Position numbers and translations under genes: made by a program. A stretch of DNA of 64,000 nucleotides from contig CBDEUM010000014.1 in NCBI GenBank assembly GCA_965242925.1, positions 448,001 through 512,000 of the forward strand. Direction: 5' to 3'. Source of the stretch: Roseibacillus sp. (GTDB lineage Bacteria > Verrucomicrobiota > Verrucomicrobiia > Verrucomicrobiales > Akkermansiaceae). Positions 46,918-56,620 of the stretch are shown in pieces (the stretch's first letter is position 1; each line of letters begins with the position of its first letter). The notes below the pieces were generated by a model that had not been told where the DNA came from, did no database searches, and saw nothing but the letters and a program-made list of their open reading frames with translations.

Positions 46918-47386
46918 GTCGGGTTGCACCCGTTATCACAGGGGTCAAAGCGGACCGGAGGGGTCCCTGCGAGACCTTCACCAGGACCCTCTCGCCATCG
47001 CCTCTGGCAAGGCATGGAATTTCAGTTCCGGGGTTCCCGAACCTTCCGTCCGGGCACCACACGGCAGAAATCAACCGGGGGATTTCATGCCCCGAGCCTA
47101 AAGGGGCCGGACACGGCTAATCAAACAGGTGAGAGCAGGTCCAAACCCCGGGAGATCCGGGCCTGAGGACTCTCTCCTTAAATTCGTAATTAACTGGTAG
47201 TAAGCTCCTTGCAGTCCCCTAACAGAATCTAACAAATCGGAAACCCTTGTTTTATGGAGGTTTCCTGCCCCGTGCACTGGATCTTCAGAGGAGCAGAATC
47301 GACGTAAATCCCTGATATTACGGGGAATAACTAGGATGTGTTTTATCTTTACAAAATATCTCGCTAGCCCCAAAACTGTTAGTGCT

Positions 47387-47743
47387 ATGAATAAAGCTGA
47401 ACTGATCGAAGCCGTCCAAGGGTCCTTGGGCAAGGACGCCACCAAGCGCGCTGCTGAAGACTCGGTCGCTGCCGTCCTGGGTGCGATCGCCAACGGCGTT
47501 CGCACGGAGGGGAAAGTTCAATTGATTGGATTCGGGACATTTGCGGTGAAAAACCGCAAAGCCCGGATGGGCCGGAACCCCAAGACTGGCGAGCCCATGC
47601 ATATCGCGGCCTCAAGGTCGGTGGGCTTCAAGCCCTCCGCCCCCCTCAAGAGTTCGCTCGCTGCTCCGGTTGAGCCGGCACCCCCGGCCCCACCATCTGA
47701 CTTCGCGCCGCCTTCGGCCGAGCCGACGCCCCCGGGCCCCTGA
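47387..47743 (+). CDS. hup: HU family DNA-binding protein with Pro-rich C-terminal tail
   Basis: MNKAELIEAV, VQLIGFGTF, RMGRNPKTGE. Confidence 0.93.
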   Translation: MNKAELIEAVQGSLGKDATKRAAEDSVAAVLGAIANGVRTEGKVQLIGFGTFAVKNRKARMGRNPKTGEPMHIAASRSVGFKPSAPLKSSLAAPVEPAPPAPPSDFAPPSAEPTPPGP

Positions 47744-47771
47744 TTTCGAGCGTCCCCTGGAATCCTTACGC

Positions 47772-47801
47772 AAACCCGGCCCTCCCCCGGCCGGGTTTTT
47801 T
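47772..47801 (+). terminator. Intrinsic terminator between HU and the DUF2207 array
   Basis: AAACCCGGCC-loop-GGCCGGGTTTTTT. Confidence 0.8.
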
Positions 47802-47819
47802 GGGCTCCGGAGCCTTGCC

Positions 47820-49721
47820 CTACCAGCCACCGCCACCGCCGCCGCCCCCGCCGCCCCCGCCACCGGATCCTCCACCGCCCCCGCTGCCACCGGACGATGG
47901 TGCGGTGGCCGAGGAGGCGAGGGAGTCGGTGAAACTTCCGGACAGGTCGCTCATCATCCCGCTGATCCCCCCCGAACTGCCCGAGTAATAGCTCGGGCTG
48001 TAACTGCTGTCTCCCGGCGCTCCCACCGCCGCCTGCAAAATTCTATCGAACTTTTCCGCCCATTGCTGTTCGCATCCAAGGGCCAGGGCGTAGGGAAGAA
48101 AGCTCTCAAAAAGCTCCGGGGTCTTCTCCGGGTCTTTCCGGGGAGTATACAAGCTGAGCCGCTCCTCTTCCGCCACGCTCAGGTAGTGCCGGAACCCTTC
48201 AATCTGGTCCATCACCCATCGACCCAGGCCCGTCGGGGCCTTCATCCGGTGGATAAAGATAAGATTCAGCGCATACACAATCATGCAGAGGATGAGGGCT
48301 GGCGGCGTCAACCCCATTCCCCCAGTCCCCCACTGAGCAACTACGACAGCCACTGCCATCAAAATCATAGTCATTAGCATTATTACTACGCCCGCCTTTC
48401 CTCCCTGGCGATCTACGGGGTTGAGCATCGGCAGACATCCCATGAGCCCAGCCCCTCCCATAACTAGTCCTGTAACGAAATCGATCCCCAGGAGGAACAG
48501 AATGGTTCCCACCATCGAGAGGATGAGACCCGGGATACACCAGCCGAGGTTGAGCTTGAAATGCACTTTCCTCGCCTGGGAGGCGAGAAGCTTACGGTGC
48601 GCCTCGCGAGCTTCCCCGAAGCACACGTGATTTTCATCCGAGAGTTCCAACCATATATTCCCTTCCAAGAGCCTCCTCTTGAGCTGGGATTCGTCAGTGG
48701 TAAGCGCGCCCGGAAGAGGTGAGGCGCCTCCGGAGGGAGGTGGCGGAGGCTTGGGCGTTCCCCGTAACATATAAGTGTCTCCGCTCTTCCTGATGACCGC
48801 GACCCCCTTGGCCGCCAGCCCGATCACCCCGGCGCTGAAGCAGGTATCGTCATAGCCCATGCGATCAATGTAACGCACCGCGGAAGCCGAGAGTCCCTTG
48901 GGAGGCCCGTAGAGCGGGATAATGGTCCCCTTCGCCGGGTCCTTCCCCACCTTGATCCAGGCCACCAGATAGTAAACGAGGGCTCCCGCGAGCAGCAATA
49001 ACCCCCAGGCGGCCAGGGGATGATCCCGGAAGATCGATGCCCGGGCCTCCTCGTAGGCCCGCTCCTCCAGCAGGCCGGGAGGCCACTCCAACACCACCGT
49101 CAGGTTCTCCTTCGGCCCGAACGGCCGGGTGGCCTCGATGGTGGCCCCGGTCTCGGTCACCTCGGCCCTGTAGTCCTCACCCTGTGCGCCGCGCGTCCCG
49201 GTATAGCCCCAGACCTTGGTCCCCTTGATCCCCTCCGGCAACACCACCGTGGCGCCCACCTTGTCAGCGGGGAATTCCCACTCCGTGCCATTGACGTTCC
49301 AGTAAAGGGCGTCCCGCCCCTCCTCAAGGTAGAGTTGCCGCCCCGTGCGGTAGATGATCTCGTAGGTGTAGGAGCCGGGCTTGAGGATCACCCGAGGGTG
49401 CCCGATGCGGATCCGGATCCCCCCTTGGCCGATTTCCGACGTCTCGTAGTTCTCCTGCTTCCCATCCCGCGTCACCCGCAGCACCCTGAAGGGCTTCTTC
49501 GTTTTCAGCCCGAACTTGGTCGACTGCAGGCGCGGGATATCGCGGTAAATCCCCCGCTTGATCTCATGTCCCTCGGCCCGGACCGTGATGGTCTCGGTCA
49601 CCACCAGGTCCCCGCTCTTCTCCACCACGATGTGGCTGTGGAAGGACTCGATGCGTTCGGCCGCGAGGGCGAGCGGGGCTGCCAGGGCCAAAAGAACCAA
49701 GGCAGCAAGAAAGCGGAACAT
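47820..49721 (-). CDS. DUF2207 family membrane protein (copy A)
   Basis: Signal peptide; VTETI, GIYRDIP, LYWNVNGTEW, GKDP, KAPT.LG, LPYALALG, Gly-rich tail ending in W. Confidence 0.9.
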   Translation of the reverse strand: MFRFLAALVLLALAAPLALAAERIESFHSHIVVEKSGDLVVTETITVRAEGHEIKRGIYRDIPRLQSTKFGLKTKKPFRVLRVTRDGKQENYETSEIGQGGIRIRIGHPRVILKPGSYTYEIIYRTGRQLYLEEGRDALYWNVNGTEWEFPADKVGATVVLPEGIKGTKVWGYTGTRGAQGEDYRAEVTETGATIEATRPFGPKENLTVVLEWPPGLLEERAYEEARASIFRDHPLAAWGLLLLAGALVYYLVAWIKVGKDPAKGTIIPLYGPPKGLSASAVRYIDRMGYDDTCFSAGVIGLAAKGVAVIRKSGDTYMLRGTPKPPPPPSGGASPLPGALTTDESQLKRRLLEGNIWLELSDENHVCFGEAREAHRKLLASQARKVHFKLNLGWCIPGLILSMVGTILFLLGIDFVTGLVMGGAGLMGCLPMLNPVDRQGGKAGVVIMLMTMILMAVAVVVAQWGTGGMGLTPPALILCMIVYALNLIFIHRMKAPTGLGRWVMDQIEGFRHYLSVAEEERLSLYTPRKDPEKTPELFESFLPYALALGCEQQWAEKFDRILQAAVGAPGDSSYSPSYYSGSSGGISGMMSDLSGSFTDSLASSATAPSSGGSGGGGGSGGGGGGGGGGGGGW

Positions 49722-49764
49722 CCTGCCGCCTTTCTATCTTCCGCCATGCCAAAGGGCAATCTCC
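49722..49764. repeat. 43-bp inter-gene spacer repeat, copy 1
   Basis: cctgccgcctttctatcttccgccatgccaaagggcaatctcc. Confidence 0.95.
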
Positions 49765-52410
49765 CTACCAGCCGCCACCGCCGCCACCGCCGCCCCCACC
49801 ACCGGATCCTCCGCCGCCTCCGCCGCCTCCGCCGCCACCACCACCACCGGACGAGGGGGCGGTGGAGGAGGAGGAAAGGGAGCCGGTGAAACTGCCGGAG
49901 AGGCCGCTCATCATCCCACTCATCCCGGTCCTGCCACTTCCCTCTCCTGAACCGCCAGAGTAGAAGCTCGGGCTGTAGGCGTCCCCCGAAGGGTCAATTC
50001 CTGCTGCCCTCAGGACCTCATCGAATTGATCGGCCCACTGCTGTTCGCAATCCAGTGCCAGGGCATAGGGCAGGAACTCCTCAAAAAGATCGAGGGTCTT
50101 TTCCGGGGTCTCCGGGGGTGCATAAAGACGGAGCCGGTCCCCTTCCCCTACCCTGAGGTAATGCCGGAACCCCTCGATCTCATCCATCAACCGCCGGCCC
50201 AGACGCGTCGGGGCCTTGATCAGGAGGAAGAAAACGTGATTCAAAACCATGAAGAGGAGCCACAAGGCACTGGAAACAATTCCTATTCCCTCAAGCTCGG
50301 TCCCTTTTAAGGCGAATAGGAGCACCCCTACAAATAGGACGAAAATAACGTAGAACATTATCAGAGCTCGATTGAGGGAACCGGAGAACACTCGTCGGCA
50401 AAGCAACATGAGCGGAATCAACGCAACGAACGGAAAGACGAAACGCATTGCATCAGCCTTTCCAAAACTCAAAAAAAGGCACGCCCCGAGCGACAGGAGA
50501 AGCCCCGGCAGGAACCATCCAATGTTCCGTTTGAAGTGCACCTCCTTCACCTGGGCCGCGAGAGCCTTGCGATGCTCCTTGCGGGCCTTGCCAATAACCA
50601 CGTGGTTCGACCGGTGTAGTTCTAAAGACGCACTCAACTTGAACAACCGGCCCCGGAGAATAGCCTCGTCGAAAGGGAGGGGCTGCTTCCCCTTCGCCTT
50701 CTCAAGGTGTTTTCCACTTTTCCTGAGCCAATACTTGCTTTTCTTTTCAATCTTGAGCGCACCCCTGGCCCCCAGTCCGATCACCCCGGCACTGAAGCAC
50801 TTGGCATCATAGGCCATCTCCATGATGTAGCGTGCCGCAGCAGCCGAGAGCCCCTCGGGCGGCCCATAGCGGGGAATGATGGCCCCCTTTTGGGGATCCC
50901 TTCCCACCGCCAACCAGGCCAGCAGGAAGTAAAACCCCGCCAAGCCCAACAACAGGCCACTGATGACGACTTTCGGATGGTCCCGCCCCAGCGAAAATTC
51001 TGTATGCTTTTTAGCCTGCGCATCAAGCAGACCAGGCGGCCACTCCAGCACCACCGACAGGTTCTCTCGCCTCGACAGCACGCGGCTGGTTGCAATGGTG
51101 GCCCCGGTCTCCGTCCGGACGGCCTCATAGTCTTTGCCTTCCTCCCCTCTTCTTCCGGTATAACCCCACACCTTCGTCGGCTTGATCCCCTCCGGCAGCT
51201 CAACCGTCGCGCTTACCTTATCGGTCGCAAAGTCCCACTCCGTCCCATTAATATTCCAATAGAGGACCTCCCGCCCCTCCTCGAAGTAGAGTTGCCGCCC
51301 CGTGCGGTAGATGATCTCGTAAGTGTGCTCGCCATGAGCAAGGCGGACGTCCGGGCGACCAATACGGATGCGAATCCCCCCACTCCCGAGACCGATCCGG
51401 CTTACCTCGTAGTTCTCCTGCCTGAAAGAAGAAGACCTTTCAGGACCTTTCCGCCTCACCGAAAGAACCTCGAGAGGCTTTTTCTTTTTCAGTCTCAGGA
51501 AATGAGCCAGCTTGTCGTCCGGATCTGGGTCCCCCAGCAGGGGAATATCGCGGAAAATCCCCCGCTTGATCTTACGTCCCCCGGCCCGCACCTTGATGGT
51601 CTCGGTCACCAGCAGCTCTCCGCTCTTCTCCACCACGATCCGGCTGTCAAAGGAAAGGATCCGCTCGGCCACAGTCGGTCCCAGGCGGATGCCTCCCCGG
51701 GACGGGGAGGGCCGGGACTGCCGGCCTGTGCCCGCAACAATAACAAGGTGAAGCGAGTCCGAAAGGGCGGGTGGAATCTCCACCTTGAAGCTGAGGGCCT
51801 CCTCCCTCCCGAGAGCACGGGTAGTTTCAATAGTGATTCCTGACTCGGTATGAGTGGCCTCGTAGTCCCTTCCCTCGTCCTGCCGTGTCGAGCCCAGGGG
51901 CCCGGTCTGTCCTGAGATCCTGGCGCCCTCCCATGAAAATTCCCCGGGGAATTCCACCACCGCGCTCACCTTGTCAAAGGGTAAACTCCATCCGGTCCCG
52001 TTGATAGCTCTCGACAGGTAAGGCCGGTCTCCCGCGGTAAGGCCGGCATAGTGCCGGCTGACGCGATAGACCAGCACGTAGGTGTAGGTTCCCGGGGCCG
52101 GTGCTTCACGGGGGGATCCCAACCAGACCCGGGTCACTCCCAGGTCCTTGATCCCCTGGGCCTGCCAGAACCCCTTCTCCCCGTCCCGCTCGAATCGTAC
52201 CACCCTGCCATGCATCCCGGGAGGAATGTCCCGGTAGAGGTCCTCCTCACGCTTCTTTCCCTCAAACCTGACCCTGGTGGTCTCGGTCACCAGCAGGCTC
52301 CCGCTCTTTTCCACCACGATGTGGCTGTCAAAGGACAGGATGCGCTCGGCCGCGACGGAAGCCGGGGCTGCGAGGGCCAAAAGAACCAAGGCAGCAAGAA
52401 AGCGGGACAT
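49765..52410 (-). CDS. DUF2207 family membrane protein (copy B), duplicated N-terminal domain
   Basis: AERILSFDS.IVVEKSG.LLVTET occurs twice; same C-terminal motifs and Gly tail. Confidence 0.9.
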   Translation of the reverse strand: MSRFLAALVLLALAAPASVAAERILSFDSHIVVEKSGSLLVTETTRVRFEGKKREEDLYRDIPPGMHGRVVRFERDGEKGFWQAQGIKDLGVTRVWLGSPREAPAPGTYTYVLVYRVSRHYAGLTAGDRPYLSRAINGTGWSLPFDKVSAVVEFPGEFSWEGARISGQTGPLGSTRQDEGRDYEATHTESGITIETTRALGREEALSFKVEIPPALSDSLHLVIVAGTGRQSRPSPSRGGIRLGPTVAERILSFDSRIVVEKSGELLVTETIKVRAGGRKIKRGIFRDIPLLGDPDPDDKLAHFLRLKKKKPLEVLSVRRKGPERSSSFRQENYEVSRIGLGSGGIRIRIGRPDVRLAHGEHTYEIIYRTGRQLYFEEGREVLYWNINGTEWDFATDKVSATVELPEGIKPTKVWGYTGRRGEEGKDYEAVRTETGATIATSRVLSRRENLSVVLEWPPGLLDAQAKKHTEFSLGRDHPKVVISGLLLGLAGFYFLLAWLAVGRDPQKGAIIPRYGPPEGLSAAAARYIMEMAYDAKCFSAGVIGLGARGALKIEKKSKYWLRKSGKHLEKAKGKQPLPFDEAILRGRLFKLSASLELHRSNHVVIGKARKEHRKALAAQVKEVHFKRNIGWFLPGLLLSLGACLFLSFGKADAMRFVFPFVALIPLMLLCRRVFSGSLNRALIMFYVIFVLFVGVLLFALKGTELEGIGIVSSALWLLFMVLNHVFFLLIKAPTRLGRRLMDEIEGFRHYLRVGEGDRLRLYAPPETPEKTLDLFEEFLPYALALDCEQQWADQFDEVLRAAGIDPSGDAYSPSFYSGGSGEGSGRTGMSGMMSGLSGSFTGSLSSSSTAPSSGGGGGGGGGGGGGGSGGGGGGGGGGGW

Positions 52411-52453
52411 CCTGCCGCCTTTCTATCTTCCGCCCTGCCAAAGGGCAACCTCC
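52411..52453. repeat. 43-bp inter-gene spacer repeat, copy 2
   Basis: cctgccgcctttctatcttccgccctgccaaagggcaacctcc. Confidence 0.95.
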
Positions 52454-54439
52454 CTACCAGCCGCCACCGCCGCCGCCGCCACCGCCACCGCCGGATCCTC
52501 CCCCGCCGCCTCCGCCACCTCCTCCACCTCCTCCACCGCCGCCCGAAGGGGCGGTTGAAGAGGAGGAAAGGGAGCCGGTGAAACTGCCGGAGAGGCCGCT
52601 CATCATCCCACTCATCCCGGTCATGCCACTTCCCCCTCCTGAACCGCCAGAGTAGAAGCTCGGGCTGTAGGCGTCCCCCGAAGGGTCAATTCCTGCGGAC
52701 CTCAGGACCTCATCGAATTGATCGGCCCACTGCTGTTCGCAATCCAGCGCCAGGGCATAAGGCAGGAACTCCTCAAAAAGATCGAGGGTCTTTTCCGGAG
52801 TCTCCGGGGGTGCATAAAGGCGGAGCCGGTCCCCTTCTCCTACCCTGAGGTAATGCCGGAACCCCTCGATCTCATCCATCAGCCGCCGGCCCAGGCGCGT
52901 CGGAGCCTTGATCAGGAGGAAGAAAACGTGATTCAGGCCCGCGAAGAGGAGCCACAAGGCACTGGAAAGAATTCCCATCACCTCAAGCTCGGTCCCCTTG
53001 AACGCTGATAGGAACATCGCCATAAAGAGGACCACAGCAGCATAGAATATTATCATGGCTAGATTGAAAGACCCGGAGAACAAGGACCTCCAATATACCA
53101 GCGCAATGACCGGAAGGGACATAATGAACATCATGAACGGAAGGTTGAAAGACACTGCCTCCCACTTCCCAAGACTCCAAAAAAGGCACGCTCCGAGCGA
53201 CAGGAGAAGCCCCGGCAGGAACCATCCCATGTTCCGTTTGAAGTGAACGCCGTTCACCTGGGCCGCGAGAGCCTTGCGATGCTCCTTGCGGGCCTTGCCA
53301 ATAACCACGTGGTTCGGCTGGTGCAGTTCTAAAGACGCACTCAACTCGAACAACCGGGCCCGGAGAATAGCCTCGTCGGAAGGGAGGGACTGCTTCCCCT
53401 TCGCCTTCTCAAGGTGTTTTCCCCTTTTCCTGAGCCAATACTTGCTTTTCTTTTCGATCTTGAGCGCACCCCTGGCCCCCAGTCCGATCACTCCGGCACT
53501 GAAGCACTTGGCATCATAGGCCATCTCCATGATGTAGCGTACCGCAGCGGCCGAGAGCCCCTCGGGCGGCGCATAGCGGGGAATGATGGTCCCCTTTTGG
53601 GGATCCCTTCCCACCAACACCCAGGCCAGCAGGAAGTATAACCCTGCGAAGCCCAGCAACAGGCCGCTGATGACAACTTGCGGATGGTCCCGCCCCAGCG
53701 AAAATTCCGTATTCCTTTTAGCCTGCGCATCAAGCAGGCCAGGCGGCCACTCCAGCACCACCGTCAGGTTCTCTCTCCTCGACAGCACGCGGTTGGCTGA
53801 AATGGTGGCTCCGGTCTCCGTCAGGACAGCCTCATAGTCTTTGCCTTCCTCCCCTCTTCTTCCGGTATAACCCCACACCTTCGTCGGCTTGATCCCCTCC
53901 GGCAGCTCAACCGTCGCGCTCACCTGGTCAGCGGGAAAAGGCCACTCCGTGCCATTAATATTCCAATAGAGGACTTCCCGCCCCTCCTCGAAGTAAAGCT
54001 GCCGCCCCGTCCGATACACGATCTCATAGGTGTGCTCGCCATGAGCAAGGCGAACGTCCCGACGACCAATACGGATGCGAATCCCCCACCCCCCCCATTG
54101 CCCGATCCAGCTTACCTGATAGTTCTCCTCCCTGAGAGAAGAAGCCTCTTCAGGACCTTTCCGCCTCACCGAAAGAACCTCGAGAGGCTTTTTCTTTTTC
54201 AGTCTCAGAAGATGAGCCAGCTTGTCGTCCGGTTCCGGGTCCCCCAGCAGGGGAATATCGCGGAAGATCCCCCGCTTGATCTCACGTCCCCCGGCCCGCA
54301 CCTTGATGGTTTCGGTCACCAGCAGCTCTCCGCTCTTTTCCACCACGATGTGGCTGTCAAAGGAGAGGATGCGCTCGGCCGCCAGGGAAGCCGGGGCTGC
54401 GAGGGCCAAAAGAACCAAGGCAGCAAGAAAGCGGAACAT
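52454..54439 (-). CDS. DUF2207 family membrane protein (copy C)
   Basis: Near-identical to the second domain and C-terminus of copy B except in the TM segment. Confidence 0.9.
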   Translation of the reverse strand: MFRFLAALVLLALAAPASLAAERILSFDSHIVVEKSGELLVTETIKVRAGGREIKRGIFRDIPLLGDPEPDDKLAHLLRLKKKKPLEVLSVRRKGPEEASSLREENYQVSWIGQWGGWGIRIRIGRRDVRLAHGEHTYEIVYRTGRQLYFEEGREVLYWNINGTEWPFPADQVSATVELPEGIKPTKVWGYTGRRGEEGKDYEAVLTETGATISANRVLSRRENLTVVLEWPPGLLDAQAKRNTEFSLGRDHPQVVISGLLLGFAGLYFLLAWVLVGRDPQKGTIIPRYAPPEGLSAAAVRYIMEMAYDAKCFSAGVIGLGARGALKIEKKSKYWLRKRGKHLEKAKGKQSLPSDEAILRARLFELSASLELHQPNHVVIGKARKEHRKALAAQVNGVHFKRNMGWFLPGLLLSLGACLFWSLGKWEAVSFNLPFMMFIMSLPVIALVYWRSLFSGSFNLAMIIFYAAVVLFMAMFLSAFKGTELEVMGILSSALWLLFAGLNHVFFLLIKAPTRLGRRLMDEIEGFRHYLRVGEGDRLRLYAPPETPEKTLDLFEEFLPYALALDCEQQWADQFDEVLRSAGIDPSGDAYSPSFYSGGSGGGSGMTGMSGMMSGLSGSFTGSLSSSSTAPSGGGGGGGGGGGGGGGGSGGGGGGGGGGGW

Positions 54440-54482
54440 CCTGCCGCCTTTCTATCTTCCGCCCTGCCAAAGGGCAACCTCC
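54440..54482. repeat. 43-bp inter-gene spacer repeat, copy 3
   Basis: Identical to copy 2. Confidence 0.95.
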
Positions 54483-56577
54483 CTACCAGCCCCCGCCGCC
54501 GCCGCCGCCGCCACCACCGCCGGATCCTCCCCCGCCACCACCACCGCCACCGGACGACGGTGCGCTGGCCGAGGAGGAAAGGGAACCGGTGAAACTGCCT
54601 CCCAGGTCACTCATGGCCCCGCTCAGGCTCCCCGAGGAACCCGCGTCCGAGTAATAGCTCGGGCTGTAACTGCTGTCTCCCGGGGCAACCCCCGCCGCCT
54701 GCAGGACGTCATCGAACTTCTCCGCCCACTGCTGTTCGCATCCAAGGGCGAGGGCATAGGGCAGAAAGCGCTCGAAGAGCTCCGGGGTCTTTTCCGGCGG
54801 GTTCTCCAGGTTGAGCCGCTCCTCCTCCGCTACGCTCAGGTAACGCCGGAACCCTTCAACCTGGTCCCTCACCCGTTGGCCCAGGTTCGTTGGGGCCTTG
54901 ATCAGGTGATAGAATACCTGGTTCAGGACCACCGCATAGAGCACGGCCCCCCCGACCCAGAAACTGGAGAGAACCGTCACCCCGACAAAACAGAACCCCC
55001 AGATCCCGAGAAAGAGCAGCAGCAGGAACAATCCCCCACATCCCCAATCCTTCCCCCGCTGCACTACAGAGAGCGCCACCTTGCTCACGAGGTAAACCGA
55101 TGTGAGGCTCAGGAAGAGCAGGGCGTTCAAGGTCGCCGTTGAGGGACCGGTGGCCAGGAGAAACACGAGGCCTCCCAGCAGGGAGAGGAGGAGGCCCGGC
55201 ACCCACCAGGCAAGGTTCCTGATGAAATGCACCTTCTCCACCTGGGAGGCAAGGAGCCGCTTGTGGGCCTCGAGAGCCCCCCCGATCCGGGCGTGATTGG
55301 ACTGCTTGAGCCTGAGGGATCTCGCCCCGAAGGATCCCGCCCCGAACAGTTTCTTGTGGAGACCCGTCTCGTCGGCGGTGAGAGGCTCCCCCGGGGAATC
55401 CCCCGTCCCGCTCATGTGGTTGATCATCTTGGCCAGGGCCCCTTTCCCGATGCCCTTGACGCGCAGGACGTCCTTAACCTTTTCGTAGGGGCGGGCCTCC
55501 CGGATATCTTCCGCCCGCCGCATCGAGATCCCCTTGAAGGCCTCGAGTTCCTTGACCTCTCCCTCGTTGAGAAGCTCCAGCAGTTCTCTCTCCTGGGCAG
55601 GCGTACGCGTCTTGGGATGGAGGACATACACCTTTCCGTCCTTCTCGATCGTGGCCTGCCCCTTGGCCGCCAACCCGACCACCCCGGCACTGAAGCACTT
55701 CTTGTCGTGGCCCATCTGGTCAATGTAACGCACCGCGGCGGCCGAGAGCCCCTCGGGAGGGCCATAGAGCGGAATGATGGTCCCCTTCGCCGGGTCCTTC
55801 CCCACCTTGATCCAGGCCACCAGGTAGTAAACGAAGGCCCCCGCCAGCAACACCAACCCCAGGGCGGCCAGGGGATGATCCCGGAAGAGCGATACCCGGG
55901 CCTCCTCGTAGGCCCGCTCCTCCAGCAGGCCGGGAGGCCATTCCAGCACCACCGACAGGTTTTCCTTCGGCCCGAACGGCCGGGTGGCCTCGATGGTGGC
56001 CCCGGTCCCGGTCAACTCGGCCTTGTAGTCCTGGCCCTTTGCCCCCCGCTTCCCGGTATAACCCCAGACCTTCGTCCCCCTGATTCCCTCCGGCAACACC
56101 ACCGTGGCGCTCACCTTGCCAGCGGGAAATCCCCACTCCGTGCCATTCACGTTCCAGTAAAGGGCGTCCCGGCCCTCCTCGAAGTAGAGCTGCCGCCCGG
56201 TCCGGTAGATGATCTCGTAGGTGTAGAAGCCAGGCTTCAAGAATGCGGACCTGCGCCCGATACGGATCCGGATCCCCCCTTGGCCGATCTCCGACGTCCG
56301 GTATTTCTCCTTTTTCCCGTCGCGCGTCACCCGGAGCACCCTGAAGGGCTTCTTCGTTTTGAGCCCGAACTTGGTCGCCTGCAGGCGCGGGATGTCCCGA
56401 TAGATCCCCCGCTTGATCTGGACCCCCGCGGCCCGGACCCTGATGGTCTCGGTCACCACCAGCTCTCCACCCCGCTCCACCACGATGTGGCTGTGGAAGG
56501 ACTCGATGCGTTCGGCCGCGAGGGCGAGCCGGGGCTGCCAGGGCCAGAAGAACCAAGGCAGCAAGAAAGCGGAACAT
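54483..56577 (-). pseudogene. DUF2207 family membrane protein (copy D) with HhH insertion; frameshift in the signal peptide
   Basis: ATG at 56577 gives MFRFLAALVLLALAAP then goes out of frame; one extra C at 56529-56530 relative to copy A. The rest is open to 54483. Confidence 0.8.
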
Positions 56578-56620
56578 CCTGCCGCCTTTCTATCTTCCGC
56601 CCTGCCAAAGGGCAATCTCT
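56578..56620. repeat. 43-bp inter-gene spacer repeat, copy 4
   Basis: cctgccgcctttctatcttccgccctgccaaagggcaatctct. Confidence 0.95.

Noticed and set aside
46843..47386. Replication origin or dif site in the AT-rich intergenic region
   Set aside because: No cluster of DnaA boxes and no convincing XerC/XerD arms were seen.
47363..47388. CIRCE-like element before HU (CTAGCCCCA...TAGTGCTAT)
   Set aside because: Poor left arm and a 7-nt rather than 9-nt spacer.
49722..56620. 43-bp repeats as a CRISPR array or integron attC sites
   Set aside because: They are separated by whole paralogous genes of 2-2.6 kb. No cas or intI gene is present and no clear attC R''/R' box structure was seen.
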